Shown here: positions 57,358-64,000 of the stretch, in pieces
How positions within the stretch are numbered: position 1 is the first letter of the stretch
Layout: each line of letters opens with the position of its first letter
NCBI GenBank assembly: GCA_016186795.1
Contig: JACPKY010000002.1
Location: forward strand, 350,748-414,747
From: Candidatus Gottesmanbacteria bacterium
GTDB taxonomy: Bacteria; Patescibacteriota; Microgenomatia; 2-02-FULL-39-11
Direction of reading: 5' to 3'
Length of the DNA: 64,000 bases
The notes under the pieces: generated by a model
The model's database searches: none
The model's input: the letters and a program-made list of their open reading frames with translations, nothing else
What the model was told of the DNA's origin: nothing
Position numbers and translations under genes: made by a program

Positions 57358-58425
57358 CTAGGTTATCCCCTTAAAAAGTCTATCCAGAGCTGCAAATGCC
57401 CCCTTTCTGTATATCTTATTTGGATTTCCTGGGGGGAAAGGTTTACGCGTTTTATCTAAGGCCTCTTTGAATGAATCGACTGAGTGAATATCCACAACAA
57501 AACAATAAGGCTGAAGAATGGAGGGAAGCCTTTCGTAGAGTCTTTTCGTAACCAATATATAACATTTGCAAGCAATTGCTTCTATTATCTTTGTCTTAAA
57601 TCCCGTACCAAAGTCAGAAAATATTGCGATTGCCCTTGCTTCTCCAAGTAAATCAAACGGTCTCTCAACAACTCCACTCAATTTTACTCTTTTCGGTAAC
57701 GTTTTCCGAAATACATTACTCCCGGTCATTGAAAATGTCCAATCATATTTCTTTGAACCCAATTTCTCTACAAGCTTTATAAAAAATCTTGCTGAGTCTT
57801 TAATGAACTCATTGGGCGATGTCGACATGTAACAAATACACCTTCTTTTTTTCTTTCTGTTTCGGGGAATAAATCGTTCATAGGATTTTGGGAGAAAATA
57901 AGGAAGATATACAATTTTCTTTGCCCCCAGAAATTGCCAGTATTCTTGGGAATCCCACTCTGATATTGATAAGATTTTATCAGAATTTCTTGCGCAGATA
58001 ATATCATCTTTCAATCGTAAAAATCCTTCTTCGAGAGAGCGTATATTTTCCTTTAAAATATTTACAAAACTCCGAGAAAAGGAAACAATGCCTCTTGAGA
58101 GAATCTGATGTAGTCTGTGATAAAATTCTGCGTTGTGCACACGAATATAAAGACGGCAACTTGGAAAATACTTTCTTATATACATCATGGATTGTGGATA
58201 TCGGGAGTATTCGAAGAAGATATGTGTATATTTCCCAAATTGAATGTCTTCTATATTTTCCATCAGAAGTTTATCGGACCGCTCTCTCACCCAATATTCA
58301 TCAACTGGTATTTTCCTTGCTTTAAAATATTCAGTTCTCCCTCGTACGTCTTTCGTACTCCCTAAAAACATATTACTTGGCTTTGTCAATGGTTTATCAA
58401 ATATATGAAGGACTCTCGTTTGCAT
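57358..58425 (-). CDS. Hypothetical protein, possibly a divergent GT-B glycosyltransferase
   Basis: C-terminal ARAIAIFSDFGTGFKTKIIEAIACKCYILV resembles the donor-binding C-terminal motif of GT-B enzymes. Confidence 0.35.
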   Translation of the reverse strand: MQTRVLHIFDKPLTKPSNMFLGSTKDVRGRTEYFKARKIPVDEYWVRERSDKLLMENIEDIQFGKYTHIFFEYSRYPQSMMYIRKYFPSCRLYIRVHNAEFYHRLHQILSRGIVSFSRSFVNILKENIRSLEEGFLRLKDDIICARNSDKILSISEWDSQEYWQFLGAKKIVYLPYFLPKSYERFIPRNRKKKRRCICYMSTSPNEFIKDSARFFIKLVEKLGSKKYDWTFSMTGSNVFRKTLPKRVKLSGVVERPFDLLGEARAIAIFSDFGTGFKTKIIEAIACKCYILVTKRLYERLPSILQPYCFVVDIHSVDSFKEALDKTRKPFPPGNPNKIYRKGAFAALDRLFKGIT

Positions 58426-58429
58426 ACAA

Positions 58430-60265
58430 TTAATTGCTTCCTTTCTCTACATACCAGTTCCCAATACTTATTCCATCAACCCAACCGTTTATAAGATGTT
58501 CTAAGCAATCTTTGGGAGATGCGACAATTGGTAATCCATGCCTGTTGAAAGATGTATTAAGAAGTACTCCGATACCGGTCTTTCGCTTAAATTCAATCAA
58601 AAGATTGTACACCCATGGATGGAAATTTTTATCCACTACCTCAGGACGCATCGTACCATCGACATGTACAGCTGCAGGGATTGTTTTTTTAGCAAAAGTA
58701 TTTGCCTTGACGATGAATGTCATATATTTATAATTTGCATCTCCTGACCAATATTTATGAGCATCTTCCTTTAGTAGAACTGGTGCAAAGGGAACAAACA
58801 GTTCTCTCCCTTTGAGGATTCGATTAATTCTATCCTTTATCGATATGTCTCGTGGATCAGCAAGGACAGATCGGTTCCCAAGAGTACGGGGCCCCATTTC
58901 AAGTCTTCCTTGGAATGTACCAATTACCTTTCCCTTTGTCAGTTCTTGAGAAAGATGTGATACTGAACCGTTTCTTATCGTTATTGGATATTTCTGTCTG
59001 AAAGATTGAAGGGTTTTCTCAATCTCAGAATCAGTGAATTGTGTCCCCAAAAATGGATTCTCCCAAGCAAGTGAAGAAGTTATAAATCCTTCCTGATACA
59101 GTGCTTCAAGTGCAGCACCAGCTGCAAGACCACTGTCTCCACTATCCGGATAAACAAAAAAAGCTGACGGAGTAAGTCTATTTTTAATAAGTGAATTTCC
59201 TTTCACATTTAGAAATACTCCTCCTGCCGCTGCAATATTTTTGCTCTTTGTTAAATGCATGGCGTCTTTTACGTATTCGAACATACATCTCTCACATACC
59301 TTTTGGGCAAAAAACGCAAGATCTTCTCGGGAGTACGTTTTAAGTAATCTCTCAAAATCTTCTGCCTGAGACACAGATGAAAGTGGATTTGGAACTTTTT
59401 TATCGGGATGGGCAAGATTGAAACTGCGCCACTTCCAGGCAATGTGTGACTTCAATCTCCCATCATGACTTGAAACTATATGATGAAAAGGGTTTTTCTT
59501 CCCTCGAGAGCTCCCAAATGCAGCAAGACCCATTGTTTTATATTCACCATCAACCGGAATAAATCCAAGAGCTTCTGTGACTGCTTGATAAAAAGCTCCA
59601 AGACTATCATCTGCTTTTGATGCCCGCTGAAGGACCATTTGGCCATCTGAAAATCCTTTATAGATTGTTCCGCTCAAGCCATCACCTTTTCCATCAAGAG
59701 TTACTACGCATGCATTTTTAAAGCCAGAGAGCCGAAATGTAGAGGAGGCGTGTGCACGGTGATGGGAGATGTAGTAATAAGAAATCCGAGGATGGAAAAG
59801 ACCTATTTCAGAGAGGAATTTCTCATTGAAAAGATAATGCCGTTTGTAGTATTTTCCCCAATTCTTTTTAATAAGTTCTTCTAATCCTATTCTCCTTTTA
59901 TCATGCATTCCCCATCCAAAATCTTCTAATAAATTTTTCCTCATCCAATCATGAATGATTTGCATTTTGGAGACAATTCTTTTCTTTCTGCCATAAACAT
60001 CAACGATAATACTTCTTTGATATTTGGGATAAAATATACTACTTGAAGTAAATGCAACGATAGAAATATCGGCAGGTGTGAGATTACAAAAGTCTAAAGC
60101 CGCAAGAATAGACTTTTTCGGAAACCCATAATAGTGTTTTATACGAGATATCCTCTCCTCCTGAATAGAGAAGAGAATTCCTTTGGGTGAACAGACACTA
60201 ACAGATGCATCGTGCGCCCAGTGTATTCCTAGTGCATATGGGCCATTGTTATTTACTCGGATCAT
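58430..60265 (-). CDS. NodU/CmcH/TobZ-family carbamoyltransferase (O-carbamoylation of a sugar)
   Basis: N-terminus ALGIHWAHDASVSVCSPKGILFSIQEERISRIKHYYGFP matches the Carbam_trans_N pattern (L-G-x-x-x-HD-[SA]-[AS] ... EER..R.KH...FP). 611 aa. Confidence 0.85.
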   Translation of the reverse strand: MIRVNNNGPYALGIHWAHDASVSVCSPKGILFSIQEERISRIKHYYGFPKKSILAALDFCNLTPADISIVAFTSSSIFYPKYQRSIIVDVYGRKKRIVSKMQIIHDWMRKNLLEDFGWGMHDKRRIGLEELIKKNWGKYYKRHYLFNEKFLSEIGLFHPRISYYYISHHRAHASSTFRLSGFKNACVVTLDGKGDGLSGTIYKGFSDGQMVLQRASKADDSLGAFYQAVTEALGFIPVDGEYKTMGLAAFGSSRGKKNPFHHIVSSHDGRLKSHIAWKWRSFNLAHPDKKVPNPLSSVSQAEDFERLLKTYSREDLAFFAQKVCERCMFEYVKDAMHLTKSKNIAAAGGVFLNVKGNSLIKNRLTPSAFFVYPDSGDSGLAAGAALEALYQEGFITSSLAWENPFLGTQFTDSEIEKTLQSFRQKYPITIRNGSVSHLSQELTKGKVIGTFQGRLEMGPRTLGNRSVLADPRDISIKDRINRILKGRELFVPFAPVLLKEDAHKYWSGDANYKYMTFIVKANTFAKKTIPAAVHVDGTMRPEVVDKNFHPWVYNLLIEFKRKTGIGVLLNTSFNRHGLPIVASPKDCLEHLINGWVDGISIGNWYVEKGSN

Positions 60266-60268
60266 TCG

Positions 60269-61915
60269 TCATAAATCCTCATGAGGAAATACAAATGGTG
60301 TACCTTTGAGTATTCCGTCACACATAGTTGTAAGACCTGGATATTTTCCTGTTAGCAAATCATGTAGTCCCTCTAAATTCAAAGTAAACGTGAACTTTTC
60401 TTTGGATTCAATGAAAGGTAGTGGAATCATACGTCTGAAAAAGAAATGAAATGCATATTTTTTTGCCATATTTACTTGACGATCTGTTAATTTCTTCTTA
60501 AACGGTAGTTTGTCAAGAATCTTTTTGTACTCTTTTTTACTTGTTACGTCAATAGAAAAGCCTTTATTTCTGATCCATGACTCTCCACATACGATCATGG
60601 GTATTCCAAGTGGGGAAAGTTCAATACCGGTTTTTGTATTGTAGATAATAACGGCATTACACTTTTCCATAACCGCATAAGTACTGATTGTGCTTTCAGG
60701 AGGAATAATTTTTATGTTGGAGGCAAGATGAGGATAGTATTTTTTTATTTCTGAAAGTAATGGCTGTCGAGAAGGAACCAACCCATGTATTTCTGCAGGA
60801 TGAATTCGTATAAGAAGTTGAATACTTTTCCTTTTTGAAAAATATGAAATTGTTGTCAAAACCCAATCTATCATATTATCAAAAGCAACCGAATTGTAAT
60901 GAAGACGTGCATCCCACATAACGTTTGTCAACACCCCAATACAAGGCTTTTTAAAATCTATACCAATGTTGTACTCTATCTTACCAACGTCCTCTAATGG
61001 ATTTTCATGAAACCATATCCAATCAGAAGTACCAGAACGTCTTGAGTAAAGATACGTATCTAACCGTTTTTCAAGTTTTGGAGTTAATTGTAAGTTCTTC
61101 CATACATCCGCTTTCTCCTCTAACATCGTATGATGGTACGTATCACCATGACTAAAAATGAATGTATGGCGCCTGTATGCTGGGTTCCAATTAACAATAC
61201 GTACTTTTTCCCTTCGACAAATCTCGCCAATAATACCTTGTGGGATATAAATACCATGATGAAAACAGGCTATATCATACTTTTTTTTCTTAAGTAAATT
61301 CTGCAAAGCATACGCAGAAAGAAATCCTGCATGGATGTATCTTTTTAGAACATCATTTCCAAAACGCTCTCCTTCAAGATCACCGCGGCCAAAATAGCGA
61401 AGAGTTCCCGCATATGCATGTTCTCCTAAAGCAACATGCTTATACATATACTCATCAACATGAGGCAGTGGCACATTATATGCGTTTGCTCTTGCTTGCT
61501 TTTGCTCTTTCTTACCAACTAACTCACTGTAGTAATGAATAGGAAGACCAAGAGGAGTAAAAACTTTTTTGCCGGCACTTAAACAGGAATCACAAATATT
61601 CAATTGACCTTTTTCTACTAGTTTTTGGGGATCAATTTTTGCAATTTTCGTCATTTGGCATGCCGGTAGAAATTTATCGCAAAGAAGTATATCAACACTG
61701 GCTCCCCGAAGAGTAAGGGAAACGGCCAAAGTACTTTCAAGTACTGTAGCATGGTTATACCCTCCAAGACTTGTTGCTATAAGGACGCGAGGACTTTTTG
61801 CTCTCTTTTTGGCATCTTCCCAATAGGATTTATTTTTTGCAATTATTTTTAACCAATCTACATGGAGATTTTTTCCTCGTCTGTTAAGTTTGGGAAATAT
61901 GGGTATGTCTACCAT
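60269..61915 (-). CDS. KpsC/KpsS/TagF-like GT-B-fold protein (paralog 2)
   Basis: IRIHPAE ... STISTYAVMEKCNAVIIYNTKTGIELSPLGIPMIV matches the Capsule_synth-like HP...v.t.nS/T.G.E.....G.P core. Confidence 0.4.
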   Translation of the reverse strand: MVDIPIFPKLNRRGKNLHVDWLKIIAKNKSYWEDAKKRAKSPRVLIATSLGGYNHATVLESTLAVSLTLRGASVDILLCDKFLPACQMTKIAKIDPQKLVEKGQLNICDSCLSAGKKVFTPLGLPIHYYSELVGKKEQKQARANAYNVPLPHVDEYMYKHVALGEHAYAGTLRYFGRGDLEGERFGNDVLKRYIHAGFLSAYALQNLLKKKKYDIACFHHGIYIPQGIIGEICRREKVRIVNWNPAYRRHTFIFSHGDTYHHTMLEEKADVWKNLQLTPKLEKRLDTYLYSRRSGTSDWIWFHENPLEDVGKIEYNIGIDFKKPCIGVLTNVMWDARLHYNSVAFDNMIDWVLTTISYFSKRKSIQLLIRIHPAEIHGLVPSRQPLLSEIKKYYPHLASNIKIIPPESTISTYAVMEKCNAVIIYNTKTGIELSPLGIPMIVCGESWIRNKGFSIDVTSKKEYKKILDKLPFKKKLTDRQVNMAKKYAFHFFFRRMIPLPFIESKEKFTFTLNLEGLHDLLTGKYPGLTTMCDGILKGTPFVFPHEDL

Positions 61916-61916
61916 C

Positions 61917-62819
61917 TTAGGGAAAAAACCTTTTTAGAAATAAAATCAATCTATTCATGTATCCCTTTTTCCGTACGAAATACCAAAACGCCATATAAAA
62001 TCCGATGAAAAAATTGGAATAGATGTGACGTCGGGGAAATAAACTGATAAAAACGATAAGTCCGATCATGTGAGTAAGTACAGGAAACCTCGCCCAAAAG
62101 GGTATTTTCCCATCTTCAAACAAACTCAAGTATTGATGGTGTATTTCATCATCAGCCGTACGTTTTAATTGAAAAAAACGTCGTTTCCACAGATATTTTT
62201 TTACTTGCTTAAACTGTCCCCAAACTGATAATTCCATCAGTACAAGTCTATCTGGCATTAGACAGTAGGGGTAAATACTTGTTCTTCTTAGTATATCTCT
62301 CCGCATAAGGCCATACGCCATATTGCCAACGTTGACCATCTTTTGACAAACAAGTTTTACTCTCTTCATCTTCGGAACTCTTGCTGTATCGAAATCGGAA
62401 AATCGGTATGAGAGTACTTTCCCTTTTTCATTTATAGCCTTTGTACGAGGATATGCAAGAACAACATCTCTATTTTCCTCGAGTATCAAAACTAGGATTT
62501 TAACAAAATTCTTATGCCAGATATCGTGATTTGAACCCCACATAAAGTATTCTCCATGAGTATAGTTAAAGACTTTGCGAAAATTTAAAATCGCACCCCT
62601 GTTTTTATCGCTTTGCAAAATCTTAATTCGTTTATCTTTCCTTGCAAACTCTTTACAAATCGAAAGAGTTGCATCGGTTGATGCATCATCTGAAACGATG
62701 ATTTCAATATGTTTGTATGATTGGGTAACTAATGATTGAAGCGCCTCTCGAATATATGGTTCTCCGTTATACGCTGGTATACCAATTGAGACGAGTTTTT
62801 TGTTATTAATTTTTTTCAT
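61917..62819 (-). CDS. Glycosyltransferase family 2
   Basis: VSIGIPAYNGEPYI...EIIVSDDASTDAT signature. Confidence 0.8.
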   Translation of the reverse strand: MKKINNKKLVSIGIPAYNGEPYIREALQSLVTQSYKHIEIIVSDDASTDATLSICKEFARKDKRIKILQSDKNRGAILNFRKVFNYTHGEYFMWGSNHDIWHKNFVKILVLILEENRDVVLAYPRTKAINEKGKVLSYRFSDFDTARVPKMKRVKLVCQKMVNVGNMAYGLMRRDILRRTSIYPYCLMPDRLVLMELSVWGQFKQVKKYLWKRRFFQLKRTADDEIHHQYLSLFEDGKIPFWARFPVLTHMIGLIVFISLFPRRHIYSNFFIGFYMAFWYFVRKKGYMNRLILFLKRFFP

Positions 62820-64000
62820 TTATCATTCGTAAACTTTCGATAATATCGGAGGCAGCCTCACCAGCTGAGGTATTGAGACCATAGGGCTGAATATAATTTC
62901 GAATAAAAAGATTTTGTGATTTTTTTAGTTCGTTACCCATCTTTTCTATTCTCTTTATATGCGCTATTGCTTGACCGATGGTATTGGCTTGCAAGTAAAT
63001 ATTTTTCTTTAAGAGATATTGAAAATGAAGAGCTTTTATGGCATTTGTACGTTCATACTCGTGAGGCCGAAGTGCAATAACCGGTTTTCCTATAATGACT
63101 GCATCAATCATTGCGCTTGTATTTATTCCAATAGAACAGATAGCATACTTTAAACTGAGACAAAATTCTTCTATCGCCTCTTTTGTGTCAGCTATTTCAA
63201 AGGAGCGAAAAAGCACTTTCACATTCCTGAGCTTTATTTGTTTAAATATCTCCTGATTTGCTCCATGAGGTCGTACGAGTAGAATTAAATTGCGAATTTC
63301 TTGATTGGGAGATTTTGCAATTTCTCTTGCAAGATTTTTAACAAGCCATGTCTCATCAAATGCAATATTTGCAGAAGATCCAAGATAGATAATATACTGC
63401 TGCCCCTCTTTGATACCTAATTTTCCAAAAAACTGTTTCCGCGTCTGGATCTTTTTACCGATTGTAAACCATTTGTCAAAAAGCGGCGCTCCCATGATTT
63501 TAATTAAAGACGAGGACACTTTATGGATCTGAGTTAATTCCTTCTTATGGATAGAATTCCAGGCTAAAAAAGTTCCTGGTCTCACATGAAAAAGTCCTTT
63601 TGTTGTGAGGTTATCCCAGCTATGAATAGCTATCACTGTCGGAATATTGAGTGCATTTGCTGCTTTTATATATTCGACTTCTTCCGAATAACGCATATTG
63701 ACCGGAGAAGCAACGACCACATGAGGTTTTTTTCCAATTAACTCCTTCATAATCTGACTATCAGGAGGTGCACTTTTTTCCAAAGAATGTAATACTCTCT
63801 CTATGAAATTCGAAGTTATGTATCTCTTAATAAGGCTCAATCGAAAGAGGAAACGAAGTATTCTCGGTTGGTACCCCTCCCATCTTTTAAGGTAAAATCC
63901 TGGATAACTTTTTTGTTTACAGTAGTATATATATGTTAATAACTCTCGGGACGGAAAAAGAATTTTTCTCCATAAATCGTCTCTTCGTTTAAGCCAACCA
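62806..64000 (-). CDS. KpsC/KpsS/TagF-like GT-B-fold protein (paralog 3). The N-terminus lies beyond the window end. The frame is open from 63840 to 64000 with no stop, and the listed TTG at 63840 is not the real start.
   Basis: LLVRPHGANQ ... KYAICSIGINTSAMIDAVIIGKPVIAL core. In-frame translation continues without a stop to position 64000. Confidence 0.4.
   Translation of the reverse strand, partial: GWLKRRDDLWRKILFPSRELLTYIYYCKQKSYPGFYLKRWEGYQPRILRFLFRLSLIKRYITSNFIERVLHSLEKSAPPDSQIMKELIGKKPHVVVASPVNMRYSEEVEYIKAANALNIPTVIAIHSWDNLTTKGLFHVRPGTFLAWNSIHKKELTQIHKVSSSLIKIMGAPLFDKWFTIGKKIQTRKQFFGKLGIKEGQQYIIYLGSSANIAFDETWLVKNLAREIAKSPNQEIRNLILLVRPHGANQEIFKQIKLRNVKVLFRSFEIADTKEAIEEFCLSLKYAICSIGINTSAMIDAVIIGKPVIALRPHEYERTNAIKALHFQYLLKKNIYLQANTIGQAIAHIKRIEKMGNELKKSQNLFIRNYIQPYGLNTSAGEAASDIIESLRMINEKN

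Noticed and set aside
1-64000. Search for CRISPR arrays, tRNA/rRNA genes, transposases, integrases, toxin-antitoxin pairs or reverse transcriptase (DGR) signatures
   Set aside because: Non-coding space is essentially limited to three short regions (5365-5467, 9525-9682, and about 20-50 bp gaps). No direct-repeat arrays, no cloverleaf-compatible segments, and no ORFs with DDE, tyrosine-recombinase or RT motifs were recognised.
63840-64000. Apparent 160-bp intergenic region at the window end
   Set aside because: In-frame translation on the minus strand continues without a stop from 63840 to 64000. This is the 5' part of the last gene (62806 to beyond 64000), not a promoter region.

Overview
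The window is a gene-dense, low-GC stretch in which almost every gene lies on the minus strand, with gene content reminiscent of a reduced genome such as a Candidate Phyla Radiation bacterium (inference only). It has two parts.

Positions 1-12.2 kb hold housekeeping genes:
- a truncated dcw (division/cell wall) cluster: mraZ-rsmH-ftsL-ftsI-murE-like-pgeF-murC(partial)
- a PilM-like/LytR_C fusion
- an MBL hydrolase
- glyQS preceded by what looks like a T-box riboswitch with an ultrashort stem I, whose promoter overlaps the recO stop codon
- recO

Positions 12.2 kb to the window end (>51 kb, about 45 consecutive genes) form one surface-glycan biosynthesis locus:
- an initiating phosphoglycosyltransferase, a Wzx flippase, ManC
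- at least 16 GT2/GT4/GT10/GT11 glycosyltransferases and a DPM1-like polyprenyl-phosphate sugar synthase
- seven polytopic GT-C-like membrane proteins (GT39, DUF2079-like, DUF2142-like, and a 1046-aa Wzy_C+GT-C fusion)
- a DegT aminotransferase, an LbH acetyltransferase, several SAM methyltransferases
- an ulosonic-acid module (NeuB-like synthase, SDR, ALDH, CMP-sugar cytidylyltransferase) together with a NodU/CmcH carbamoyltransferase, two transketolases (one split, one fused) and three KpsC/KpsS/TagF-like paralogs

No CRISPR array, tRNA/rRNA gene, transposase or integrase was recognised. All family assignments are from motifs read by eye. No database search was run.
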